A DNA stretch of 64,000 nucleotides from Eledone cirrhosa (taxonomy: Eukaryota). The DNA lies in NCBI GenBank assembly GCA_964016885.1, contig OZ024748.1:22072001-22136000 (forward strand), written 5' to 3'. Below the pieces are notes generated by a model, which did no database searches, was not told where the DNA came from, and was given only the letters and a program-made list of their open reading frames with translations. Each line of letters opens with the position of its first letter. Within the stretch, counting starts at the first letter, position 1. Below are positions 1-13,019 of this stretch, piece after piece. A program made the position numbers and the translations under genes.

Positions 1-30
1 TTGAACTCAGCCGTCGGAGTCCTACTCGTT

Positions 31-71
<41 letters not shown>

Positions 72-304
72 TATTATTATTATGGTGGTCAGGGTCACCG
101 TGGCTTTTTTAGTGGGCTTTCTCCACGAATGTCCCTCGGAAGTCTCCCCTCTATTGGGGAATTTTTCATTGTTTCTTTTTTGTTACATCTTCTGTTTTTG
201 TTTTTTTACACGCAGAAATGCCCATTTGTACCGTCCTATATTGTCCTTAATGTTTTACTTTGTGTAAACCCTTGGGGTTAATAAATAAAGCATTATTATT
301 ATTA

Positions 305-486
305 TTGGCAGTGTCGGTAGAATGTCGAACGCCATGCTTTGACGCATAGAGTTATGGCCCTTGCCATTCTGAGTTCAAATCCCGCCGAGGTTAACTTTAT
401 CTTTCATCCTTACGGGGTCGATAAAATAAAGTACCAGTAATGCACTGGGTAATTGCTGGCCTTGTGCCAAAAAGTCGAAACAATTA
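305..486 (+). mobile_element. tRNA-derived SINE family A
   Basis: A-box-like tggcagt.tcgg, B-box gagttcaaatccc, body ctttcatccttacggggtcgataaaataaagtaccag, (ATT)n tail. Confidence 0.85.
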
Positions 487-542
487 TTATTATAAAAAAA
501 TCTGAGAGGCCATAATCAGTTGATTCAGGTTTATCTAAAACT

Positions 543-600
543 CCGGTATACATATTTCACCGAGTACTATTAGTTATGATAGCCTGAGCTCTTCAGACGG
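543..600 (-). ncRNA. Degenerate hammerhead motif inside a 27-bp inverted repeat (506-532 / 714-740)
   Basis: Minus strand: ccgt CTGAAGA gct...ggt GAAA T atgt A TA^ ccgg. Same GAAATATGTATA as the 15401 motif. Confidence 0.55.
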
Positions 601-634
601 CAAAACCTATAAAACTTGAAAGCATTGAAAGTCC

Positions 635-665
<31 letters not shown>

Positions 666-866
666 AACTTTAAATTTGAAAAAGAATCTTCGACAGCCGG
701 CCCCTGTATAAAAAAACCTGAATCAACTGATTATGGCCTCCGATCTTTTAATAATATATAATGCTCCGACTTGCACCCATTATACAGGTTGAGCGCTTCT
801 TTTTATCTGCTTCACAACCGACAGATCATAATGTGGTCTGTACATACCTGTACCGTTAACCCATAC

Positions 867-928
<62 letters not shown>

Positions 929-930
<2 letters not shown>

Positions 931-1117
931 CGAAAGAAATGTGGTAAGGAACCAGGTGGACCATAACGCACCAAAGTACTCAATAATTAGGGTAGTAGAG
1001 TGGGTAATAGGAACAAGTAAGACCCCGACGGCTGAGCTCAAGCCGTTTCGACGGCTAATTCTGGACCGAATTAGCCGTCGAAACGGCTTGAGCTCAGCCG
1101 TCGGGGTCTTACTTGTT

Positions 1118-1122
<5 letters not shown>
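929..1122. mobile_element. (TA)n-embedded fold-back element, family A (perfect 54-bp arms 1007-1060 / 1069-1122)
   Basis: Each arm carries the 3' half of the HHR seen at 26603-26699. Related copies at 1-35 and 26437-26785. Confidence 0.75.
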
Positions 1123-1175
<53 letters not shown>

Positions 1176-1203
1176 TAGTTCCACAACAGTTAGTTCACCA
1201 TAC

Positions 1204-1242
1204 CTAGAACAAATGTTTCACCTTATTTGGATCGTCAGCTCG
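1204..1242 (-). ncRNA. Minimal hammerhead motif
   Basis: Minus strand: cgag CTGACGA t CC aaataa GG t GAAA C attt G TT^ ctag. Confidence 0.55.
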
Positions 1243-1468
1243 AATGGGGTTCATTTTATACAACCATTCTATAAAATTCGCTACGATTCGCATCGTTACT
1301 GCTAAGAAGTAAAACAGTAATAGAAAATAGAATAGTTAAGGGGTGATTATATATAAGGGGTGGATATTTGGAATTATCGTGAGGTATTAGCAATTATGGG
1401 GTATATATATAGTTCAAAGAGACAACAAACAGAGGTACAAAAAGTCTTATTAGTTTCACGCTTTGTTT

Positions 1469-1502
1469 CACGACGTCTCGGGTTTAATCCCTTCTTCAGG
1501 AG
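1469..1502 (-). ncRNA. Degenerate minimal hammerhead motif (GAAA changed to GAGA)
   Basis: ctc CTGAAGA a GGG attaaa CCC GAGA CG TC^ gtg. Shares downstream gcgtgaaactaataa with the 60168 motif. Confidence 0.5.
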
Positions 1503-1586
1503 TACAAATAGAGACAGGATCACAATGGAGAAACAGAAAAACTGTAACAAAGCGCTAACTAAAGTTTGCAATCTGGGAATATTGGG

Positions 1587-1805
<219 letters not shown>

Positions 1806-2762
1806 ATATAAACTTGTGGTTAACTTAATCACTGATAAAATTTAAAAGGGAGTCGTCCAAACCGAAATGACCACAATAAAAGATATCCACTACAAATCAG
1901 TTAAGAAAATGATGTAAATCCTTTCTGGTGACGGAAAAAAGAGGATTTTATCAATTGTTATTTATAGTGATCAACCAGTTATGAACTATTATTATGGTCA
2001 TTTGCGTTGGGACGCATTTTGCTTTTTACAAATACATACACATGCACACATATAATGACTTCTGTTTTAGGCACGAGGCAGCAATTTTTAAAGGAAGGGA
2101 AAGTCGATTAAATCGATCCCAGTGCGTGACTGGTACTTTATTTTATCGACCTCTTAAGGATGAAAGGCAAAGGTAACCTCTCCGGGATTTGAACTCAGAA
2201 CGTAAAGGGGCATAACTCTATTCTGCAAAGAAGGGTGTCGGACGCTCTACTGATACTGCCAATCCACCACCACACGCACATATATAATAATGGTTCATTT
2301 TAAAATAATATTCTATGAAATATTTTTCATAGAATATAGTGACTTTATTTCAATAATCTGTCATCCCTGTGAAGCCCTCCACCCACCTCGCCCTATCATA
2401 TGAGCTACAGAGAAAACATAACTTCGATAAGGTTGGCACTATTTTTGCGACCGCCTAAGCAAGATGACTATTTATACAAGTGTCAACGCTAATTTGTCTG
2501 TTTTCTGGCTGTCAGCCAATGCAACACGAAATCTGATAGCGTTTTGTCTGCCGAAGTCTGGAAGAGTTCTGTAAGGTCGGCCGCTTCTTTACCATCTCTG
2601 ATAGTATTTGTCTGAGTATGTGTGTCTGTGTGTGTGTGTGAGTGCGCGCGCGTGTGTGTGTGTGTCCATTTTTGTGTGTGTAATTGTGTATATAAGTGTA
2701 TACGTTTGTGTGTATCAGTGTGAGTGTGAGCGTGTACCAGTGTGAGTGTGTGTGTGTGTGCG

Positions 2763-2795
<33 letters not shown>

Positions 2796-3512
2796 CAGTG
2801 TGTGTGTGTGTGAATGTGTGTGTCAGTGTGTTTGTGAGTGTATATGAGTGTCAGTGTGTGTGTGAGTGTATGTGAGTGTTTGTGTGAGCGTGTGTGTGTG
2901 AGCCTGTGCGTGTATGTGAGTGTGTGTATGTGTGTCCATGCTTGTGTGTGAGTGTAATTGCGTATATATGTGTATAAGTGTGTGTGTGTGCGTGTGTGTG
3001 TCTATGTTGCTTGTAGGACCTCCGTCGGTTCCGACGACGAATATTCCAATTGGTACACCCACGAAATTAGCTTACAAGTGGGCGAAAATATCACAGTGAC
3101 GTGTACCATTCATTTAATTCTCAGGGAGATTTACACACACAAATGTGTGTGTGTGTGTGTGTGTGTTCTTTTATTGCTCTCTGTTAATGGTTTCATTATA
3201 CTGCGGCCATGCTGGACAACTGTCTGAAAGGGATTAAGTCCATCATATCGACCCACTAGTACATATATGTATGTTCTGAGTACATACATTTTCCAAGTCT
3301 GAAATTGATTTAATCGCACTCTTTTTGTCGAACAGCTAAGTTACGGAAAATAAATGTAGGCACAAACGAAAACACACATACACACACACACACACACACA
3401 CGCACACACACATTCACACACACACAGACACATACACACAATTGATGACTAAATGCACACACACACACACACATATATATGTATATATATACACTCACAT
3501 AGATATATATAT

Positions 3513-3691
3513 AATTGTTTCTACTTTTGGCACAAGGCCAGCAAATACCCAGTACATTACTGGTACTTTATTTTATCGACCGCGTAAGGATGAAAGGCAA
3601 AGTTAACCTCGGCGAGATTTGAACTCAGAATGGAAAGGGTCGTAACTCTATGCGGCAAAGCATGGCGTCCGACCCTCTACCGATGCTGCCA
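3513..3691 (-). mobile_element. SINE family A (also 2060-2272, minus)
   Basis: Reverse complement of the 305-486 consensus. Confidence 0.85.
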
Positions 3692-3860
3692 AGCATGATG
3701 CACGTAACGTTTTACATCAGTGATCCGCAGTAGACAACTGATGAAGGGAAAATCTAGCCCGACTCTGTAATCAATGGCTCGTCGGACCTCTGTGGTAGTA
3801 ATGACAGAATGAATATACATGGCGGGTGAACCTACAGTAACTCCGCGTTACACTCCCTGG

Positions 3861-3924
<64 letters not shown>

Positions 3925-3926
<2 letters not shown>

Positions 3927-4463
3927 TGTTATGCTTTGGGAGGGTCATGTTGCCAATAAGAAACACACGCACCAGTTGCTTTCACTCCAATTTATTATAA
4001 ATTAAATTTATAAATTTATAAATTTATAAATTTCCAGTTGGTTGGTTGGTTGGTTCCACAACCGGACGGTTGTTCATATATTGTCAAAGTTCTTTCGTCA
4101 CACATTCTGTGACCTATTCAGTGATTAGGGATTCTTTTCTTTGTTTTTGTGCCTCTCCTTTGTTCTGTCCTACGCCATCCAGAACAAAGGAGAGGCACAA
4201 AAACAAAGAAAAGAATCCCAGTCACTGAAGAGGTCACAGAATGTGTGACGAAAGAACTTTCACAATATATGAACAACCGTCCGGTTGTGGAACCAACCAA
4301 CCAACCAACCGGAAATTTATAAATTCCTAAATTTATAATAAATTGGAATGAAACAACTGGTGCGTGTGTTTCTTATTGGCAACATGACCATCCCAAAGCA
4401 TAACAATATCAGTTTCAACACACCTTTTCAGATAAAGAATCTTGCTAAACAAAATCAGAAACG

Positions 4464-4466
<3 letters not shown>
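3925..4466. mobile_element. (TA)n-embedded fold-back element with ~235-bp arms
   Basis: Arms 3925-4167 and 4180-4407 with a 12-nt loop; HHR motif in each arm; (TA)n on both sides. Confidence 0.8.
4221..4263 (+). ncRNA. Minimal hammerhead motif in a fold-back element (mirror copy 4083-4125, minus strand)
   Basis: gtca CTGAAGA g GTCACA gaatg TGTGAC GAAA GAAC TT^ tcac. The mirror copy reads tgac in stem I but has core CTGAATA. Confidence 0.7.
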
Positions 4467-4498
<32 letters not shown>

Positions 4499-4526
4499 TG
4501 TAATAAACAACATAAGGCAATTATTT

Positions 4527-4579
4527 CATTTACCAGTGGTTTCTTGAAAGCAAACAAATTTTGCTTTCAATCATCAGAA
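4527..4579 (-). ncRNA. Hammerhead ribozyme, inverted copy of 6396-6450 with truncated stem I
   Basis: Reverse complement of the same core and stems II/III. The 5' strand of stem I is replaced by the minisatellite edge, leaving only 2 bp. Confidence 0.7.
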
Positions 4580-6395
4580 AAAATCAGTTACTCTTGCTGC
4601 CCATCAATGAAGTCTAAAATCACTAGTAGTAAAAATCAGTTACTCTTGCTGCCCATCAATGAAGTCTAAAATCACTAGTAGTTAAAATCAGCTACTCTTG
4701 CTGCCCATCAATGAAGTCTAAAATCACTAGTAGTTAAAATCAGTTACTCTTGCTGCCCATCAATGAAGTCTAAAATCACTAGTTGTTAAAATCAATTACT
4801 CTTGCTGCCCATCAATGAAGTCTAAAATCACTAGTAGTTAAAATCAGTTACTCTTGCTGCCCATCAATGAAGTCTAAAATCACTAGTAGTTAAAATCAGC
4901 TACTCTTGCTGCCCATCAATGAAGTCTAAAATCACTAGTAGTTAAAATAAGTTACTCTTTCTGCCCATCAATGAAGTCTAAAATCACTAGTAGTTAAAAT
5001 CAGCTACTCTTGCTGCCCATCAATGAAGTCTAAAATCACTAGTAGTTAAAATCAGTTACTCTTGCTGCCCATCAATGAAGTCTAAAATCACTAGTAGTTA
5101 AAATCAGTTACTCTTACTGCCCATCAATGAAGTCTAAAATCACTAGTAGTTAAAATCAGTTACTCTTGCTGCCCATCAATGAAGTTTAAAATCACTAGTA
5201 GTTAAAATCAGCTACTCTTGCTGCCCATCAATGAAGTCTAAAATCACTAGTAGTTAAAATCAGTTACTCTTGCTGCCCATCAATGAAGTCTAAAATCACT
5301 AGTAGTTAAAATCAGCTACTCTTGCTGCCCATCAATGAAGTCTAAAATCACTAGTAGTTAAAATCAGCTACTCTTGCTGCCCATCAATGAAGTCTAAAAT
5401 CACTAGTTGTTAAAATCAGTTACTCTTGCTGCCCATCAATGAAGTCTAAAATCACTAGTAGTTAAAATCAGTTACTCTTGCTGCCCATCAATGAAGTCTA
5501 AAATCACTAGTAGTTAAAATCAGTTACTCTTGCTGCGCATCAATGAAGTCTAAAATCACTAGTAGTTAAAATCAGCTACTCTTGCTGCCCATCAATGAAG
5601 TCTAAAATCACTAGTAGTTAAAATCAGTTACTCTTGCTGCCCATCAATGAAGTCTAAAATCACTAGTAGTTAAAATCAGTTACTCTTGCTGCCCATCAAT
5701 GAAGTCTAAAATCACTAGTAGTTAAAATCAGCTACTCTTGCTGGCCATCAATGAAGTCTAAAATCACTAGTAGTTAAAATCAGCTACTCTTGCTGCCCAT
5801 CAATGAAGTCTAAAATCACTAGTAGTTAAAATCAGTTACTCTTGCTGCCCATCAATGAAGTCTAAAATCACTAGTTGTTAAAATCAGTTACTCTTGCTGC
5901 CCATCAATGAAGTCTAAAATCACTAGTAGTTAAAATCAGTTACTCTTGCTGCCCATCAATGAAGTCTAAAATCACTAGTAGTTAAAATCAGTTACTCTTG
6001 CTGCGCATCAATGAAGTCTAAAATCACTAGTAGTTAAAATCAGCTACTCTTGCTGCCCATCAATGAAGTCTAAAATCACTAGTAGTTAAAATCAGTTACT
6101 CTTGCTGCCCATCAATGAAGTCTAAAATCACTAGTAGTTAAAATCAGCTACTCTTGCTGCCCATCAATGAAGTCTAAAATCACTAGTAGTTAAAATCAGT
6201 TACTCTTGCTGCCCATCAATGAAGTCTAAAATCACTAGTAGTTAAAATCAGTTACTCTTGCTGCGCATCAATGAAGTCTAAAATCACTAGTAGTTAAAAT
6301 CAGCTACTCTTGCTGCCCATCAATGAAGTCTAAAATCACTAGTAGTTAAAATCAGTTACTCTTGCTGCCCATCAATGAAGTCTAAAACCACTAAT
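4579..6395. repeat. 52-bp minisatellite, ~35 copies
   Basis: Unit aaaatcagttactcttgctgcccatcaatgaagtctaaaatcactagtagtt; period confirmed at 4601, 4861 and 5641. Confidence 0.97.
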
Positions 6396-6450
6396 CATTC
6401 TGATGATTGAAAGCAAAATTTGTTTGCTTTCAAGAAACCACTGGTAAATG
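6396..6450 (+). ncRNA. Type I hammerhead ribozyme, canonical core
   Basis: catt CTGATGA TTGAAAGCAAA atttg TTTGCTTTCAA GAAA CC act GG TA^ aatg: 4-bp stem I, 11-bp perfect stem II, short stem III, GUA cleavage triplet. Confidence 0.88.
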
Positions 6451-6954
6451 AAATAATTGCTTTATGTTGTTTATTACATAACTATTAAGCTCTGTAACCT
6501 ACACAGAGCACTCTTTTTTCCTGGACCTTTCCGACGGAATTACTTCATTCACACACACATATATATATATATATATATGCGAAACGTTTGTTTCTGTAAT
6601 ATTCTTGCTTAAGTCTGCTCTGGCAGACGTCTTGTTCGTCATCTTTCCATTCAGCTCTCTATAGAACAATAACATCTGGATGTTTATATTTAGATTTATT
6701 TTTGCTTGTTTTATACATGGATCAGAATTGTGATGATCCCTGGCCTGACTCAAGTTGAGGTGCCTCCCCCACACATCCCTCCCCCACACATCCCCCACCA
6801 TCACCACCTGTTGCACTGAAATACGTATAAGTAGCAAATCAACGGATACCACTGCTAATACAGCCATTAGTAGCAACAGCGCCACCATCATAACTCTTAG
6901 CAACATCACGAATTGACAGGCTTATACAACCCTCAAGCACACATTTACCACACG

Positions 6955-7081
<127 letters not shown>

Positions 7082-7083
7082 GG

Positions 7084-7168
<85 letters not shown>

Positions 7169-7169
7169 G

Positions 7170-7204
<35 letters not shown>

Positions 7205-7215
7205 GTATATATATG

Positions 7216-7287
<72 letters not shown>

Positions 7288-7313
7288 TATATATATATAT
7301 ATATATATATAGG

Positions 7314-7377
<64 letters not shown>

Positions 7378-7388
7378 TATATATATAT

Positions 7389-7431
<43 letters not shown>

Positions 7432-7441
7432 TTTATCTCTC

Positions 7442-7488
<47 letters not shown>

Positions 7489-7610
7489 CTATATATCTAT
7501 ATATATATCTATCTATCTATCTATATATCTATATATATATCTATCTATCTATCTATATATCTATATATATATACATATATATATATATAAATATATATAT
7601 ATATAAATAT

Positions 7611-7701
<91 letters not shown>

Positions 7702-7704
7702 CAC

Positions 7705-7789
<85 letters not shown>

Positions 7790-7893
7790 CATATGTATAT
7801 ACATATATATATATATATATTTATGTATATATATACATATTTATATATATATACATATATCTCTCTCTCTATATATATACACACACACACATA

Positions 7894-7934
<41 letters not shown>

Positions 7935-9463
7935 CATACACCCACTTACCCATACACACGCTCTTATATGTACACGTCGTATATAGTATTGCTTTGTTTC
8001 CAACATCAAAGTCTTTATTATTTATAGCTATACAGTTAGCTCTGTTGACTTCAAAGACGGGATGAATTAACTCTAACTGGGAATCGAAACCACATCGCTG
8101 GAAGCTAAGCTCTACTGTTAGAACTCAACTAACTAAAAAACATCAAATGACTATAATTTATGCTGGAATAGATTACAAGCAACCAGCGCTAGATTAGCCC
8201 TTTAGCATTTAAACCGGCCACATCCAGCTAGAATTCTCTCACCTGCTTCTGTTCAAACCGGACCTAACTGGCCGCTCATACTGACGCTAAGGTATTGTTC
8301 TCAAAATAAATAATATCAAAATCTCGTAGATTCGATATTATGTGAGATAATTATGTAAGATAAAGTCTTTACCACAAAAATACAATAGTATCTATAGAAT
8401 AAGGAAATGGCGACGTGTGACATTTACGCACTTCGCACACACTAAAAAATTGGAACACAATTCAATGCCTGGACTAGAGTTGTTTTCTGTCGATGTTGTT
8501 AAACCTAAAGTGTATTGTTGAAGAACAAAAATGTGCCACCGAGAATTAAACTCACGACTTCAGGATCGTGAGCCGAACCCTCTTAAGCCGCATACGTTCA
8601 CAGCCCAGTCTATTACTATTAAAAAAGTATGGCTGTATGGTTTAATTAACCGGTCTCAGCCATGACCACACAAGAAATACTATTTTGTTGACCTGCAATA
8701 CAAAATTTCAATTACATCCGCAGGAAAAATCTGCATTTAGACCAGCGTTTCAACCAAGGGAAGATTTACCTCTTTTACTTAGTGCCACAGAAAGCGGAGA
8801 TAAGTAAAAGCCATATGGATCCTTTTGAATTCGAAACAGATGAGCAGTTTATAGATTAGGGATAATGTGATACTTGGCAGCTAGGTGAACTGTATCTCCC
8901 ATATCGAACCAATTTACAACTATCTTTCCATGGTACTTTCAGCTAGTTGGAATGGGCTGCCGTGAATTGTCTTTGCCAACTGAGTCTAGCAACTGAGCAG
9001 GTAGTACCATGGCATACACATACATCATTATAATGACGTCACTTTGGTAAACAAGTCTTTCTGTAATTTGGCCCTAGTACTACATCTATTGCAAGACGTC
9101 ATGTTGGCACATAATTTTTTCGAATGTATTAAAAAAAAGGGAAAGAACTCGATCGTCAGATTGGACGAAAGAAAGTATATCTTTCTATTGCTGATACTAT
9201 CTATCGGTCGTAACTCCTGGCAGAAGAAGCAACAGGAAATTATTTAATTTGCAAAAGAGCAGAACACACCACCCGGTCCAATAATCGAACCCATGCCCTT
9301 ATGATCCTGAATTCAAGACAATGTATTCTAGTACAACATAAACGATGGTTTATCAATCTTAAACACCATAAGCAGGACATGGATTTGATCTCTGCTTGCC
9401 CGGTAGAACAAAACTAATAAATCAATTGTGAAGAGAAATATAAACAGAAAATAATGTTCTTAC

Positions 9464-9725
9464 CTGATCGTACTGAGCAATGAATATGGCTTCTTGACTC
9501 GTAGTAAACCCAGTCAAAGCCTGCTTCCACAGCTAAACGTGCCAGCATGCCATAGCGTGATCGAACCCGATCACTTGTAGTGATGTCCACAGCTCTACCT
9601 TCGTAGTGAAGCGATGTGGGTGCATGGTGACCCTGGGTATCCCAGGCTTCAGTCACACGTAATTTTACTCCTGGCCATTCATTCATGACTGCAATAGCCA
9701 GAGTGTTTAGCTTGTCTTTACATCT
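9464..9725 (-). CDS. hh: Hedgehog, internal coding exon (exon 2 equivalent; C-terminal half of the HhN signalling domain)
   Basis: Translates [87 protein letters not shown]. Acceptor ttcag|AGATG at 9726/9725, donor TCAG|gtaaga at 9464/9463. Length (262 nt) and phases (0/1) match the conserved Hh exon 2. Confidence 0.97.
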
Positions 9726-9784
9726 CTGAAATAATAATAATAATAATAACAATAACAATAATAGCAACAATAATCATAATAAAG

Positions 9785-9992
9785 ATTTCTACTTTAGGCA
9801 AAAGGCCAGCAATTTTGGGGGAAGGAAAAGTCAATTAAATCGACCACAGTGCATTACTGGTAATTTATTTTATCGATCCCGTAAGGATGAAAGGTAAAGT
9901 TAACCTCAGTGGGATTTGAACTCACAGCGTACAGAACCGTAACGCTATGCCGCGAAGCATGGTGGTGTCCGACGCTCTACCGATACTGCCAA
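9785..9992 (-). mobile_element. SINE family A immediately upstream of the hh acceptor
   Basis: Consensus match; its tail runs into the (TTA/TTG)n tract before the exon. Confidence 0.85.
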
Positions 9993-10550
9993 ATAATAGT
10001 AATCATCATGACAACATAAAAATAATTGTTTCTAATATAGGCACAAGGGCGCAATTTTGTGGGGGAAGGGAAAGTTTAAATATATTAGCAGGGATCGTTA
10101 ACATAGCCAACAGCAATACTACAGGGGACACAAAACAGCGAATCAAAGTGGGAAATTTGTGGTAGGTGAAAGAGTTAATAAATTCGTTGCTAGCAAACAG
10201 AGGCAGTACAAGTTGAAACGTAGAGGGAAAATTTCAATTATAATTTTTGGCTAAAGATTCATTGAAAAACGTCAGCGAATAAGGTTCTGCATAGACATGA
10301 GCACAGAGTACAAAAGAATTAATATAAATAAAATGAATAAATAAATAAAAACGCCTGCACTTTTACAAGAACGTATATGCATATATAGTGATACCGACAC
10401 ACACACACACACACACACAGAGCTCAGAGCTCACATACATACTTACACCGGTTACATGCACAGGTAATGGTATATATATGTGTGTGTGTGTATGTGTGTG
10501 TGTGTGTATGTGTGTCTGTGTGTGTGTGTTTATATATATGTATATATACT

Positions 10551-10583
<33 letters not shown>

Positions 10584-10603
10584 TTATATATATGTATATT
10601 TAT

Positions 10604-10634
<31 letters not shown>

Positions 10635-10700
10635 AGTATATAAGTATATATACAACTATATATATATATGTATATATATGTATATATTTATATATATATT

Positions 10701-10731
<31 letters not shown>

Positions 10732-10831
10732 CCGACTTAAATGACAAATGATTCGTCATGAAACCATCAAAGAGGGTATACACACTCATTCACAGACACA
10801 AACATAAGTATACAGACACACGCACACACCC

Positions 10832-10903
<72 letters not shown>

Positions 10904-11001
10904 ATACACATGTATACAGAAATCATTTGGACAGCTAACAATGGGAGTTTGAAAACAGCTTTAATATAGGGTACCATACATACACACACTCACATACACA
11001 A

Positions 11002-11048
<47 letters not shown>

Positions 11049-11165
11049 ATATTATATAATATATATTATATATATATATAAATAATAATAATAATATATA
11101 TATATATAATACATATTATATATATATATATAAATAATATACATACATATATATATATATATATG

Positions 11166-11223
<58 letters not shown>

Positions 11224-12481
11224 TCGCCTCACACCCCGATTCCTACATATGCAGCTACCCAAATTTAGTTTGCATTTGAAGCTTCTTAACTGCTTTCCGG
11301 TTTTTTCCCGTTTGTACCCCTCTTTTCAATTTTTAGCGATTCTTTTGAAACCCAATAACACTACATCCTGATATCTTATGCCCCTGATGTTCGTCCGCCT
11401 CTTCTTCCACCGCAAGAACCCGGCTCCCTATGTTCTCCACCCACCCCACGTTTCTCTTTTCCGAATAAAATATTCCTACAGTTTTCTCTTCGTTAAACTA
11501 CGTAGACTTTGTTGAACCTCGTAAAAACTCAGGTAAATTTCCAACGATTTAGGCTTGTAGTTAGGTTGTATTCACAGTTATAGCAATCTCACTTCTTACC
11601 AAAACAACTGGAGTAGACGTAGCATGGTTGAACTGTTGTGAAGTTCGCTTCACAATCATGATGTTCTCTGTTCGATCCTACGGCCGGCCATCTTGGAAAG
11701 GTTTCATTTACCATAGCCTCAGGTTAACCCATACCTCGTATGTTACATTGGGTAGACGGTAACGAGTTGGAAGCCCGGCGGATGGACTTTGTATCCCTTA
11801 TATTCAAAGGGTCAGCCTTGTCACACCACAATGTGGCACACAGAATCAGCCAGAGAATTACATTAATGGTACACGTGTCTGTGGAAATACCAGCCATTTA
11901 AACGTTAATTTCACGAGTAAGCGGTTTTGCTGCGATATGTCACACCACAGAGTGTCACGCTGTATCTGCCTGAGAATTTCGTTAAGGGTACACGTGTTTG
12001 TGGAATGCTTAACCACTTACACGTTAATTTCAAGCGTAAGCTATTTCGTTGATTGAACACCCGGAATATACGTCGTCGACATCGACGTAGATCCATTATT
12101 TCTGATATAACTAGAAAGATGTGGGCCTTTAAAGCTGAAGTAGAAGAACCTTATCACCATTGATGGATACTTTTAACCGCAACAATTAATCCCTGCAGAC
12201 CGTAGAATAATAAGGCAATAACATAAAGTAATTGCCTTACTTTGCCTACATTACTTATGATTGCTAATTTAGGCACAAGGCCACAATCTGAAGGAGGGGA
12301 CAAGTAAAAGAGAAAACAAAACAAAACGCATTCGCTTGAAATATTAGAATCACAAGGTATAGCATTTAAGAAAGGCGGCATTTTCAAAATGATGCTTCTG
12401 AATACAAAACAAAAGTCTATAGAAGAAGACGCAGTTGATAAAATGTCGAGTAAAGAAACATTAGAAACACTTTGGAAGTCT

Positions 12482-12770
12482 AGCAGCAACCTGGTGCAGT
12501 CTGCGACTAACCTAGGTTTTGCTGCACGTCGGACTGAGGAGGCCAAACTCCTCAAATACCGGTCGCTCTCCGACAGGTTTGCGGTTGTACCCTTGGCAGT
12601 GGAGACTTCTGGTGTCCTCGGCCCTAGGGCTACCTCCCTACTTACCACCATAGGTGCTGAGCTGGCCAGCCGCAGGTGTGAGCCCCGTGAGTTGGAGTAG
12701 CTTTTCCAGCGCGTCTCTCTTGCTGTCCTTCGGGGAAACGCCTTCTCCATCCTGTCCACCGGGGCTGTGG
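12482..12770 (+). mobile_element. 3' fragment of a CRE-like non-LTR retrotransposon (RLE domain)
   Basis: AARRTEEAKLLKY..FAVVPLAVETSGVLG..IGAEL..PRELE*LFQRVSLAVLRGNAFSIL; GC-rich island. Confidence 0.75.
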
Positions 12771-12930
12771 TGGGCGGGGGAGGGGCATCGCGTATCATTC
12801 CATATTTAAGTATGGTCAATGAAGAATATGTGCCAATAGCCGGCTGTGGTTGGATCTTTGAAAGTGAAGTTAAGTTGTAATAAAAACAATAACTGTATAG
12901 TGATTTCTACATTAGGCACAATGTCAGCAA

Positions 12931-13010
<80 letters not shown>

Positions 13011-13019
13011 TCCATTATA

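Larger units (their letters stand above)
4494..6550. mobile_element. Fold-back HHR element with an internal minisatellite
   Basis: ~85-bp inverted repeats (4494-4579 / 6398-6483) enclose the 52-bp array; microsatellite on both outer sides. Confidence 0.75.

Noticed and set aside
4579-6395. CRISPR-like appearance of regular arrays (also 19165-20185 and 21404-22041)
   Set aside because: Head-to-tail units without unique spacers, no cas genes, eukaryotic context.
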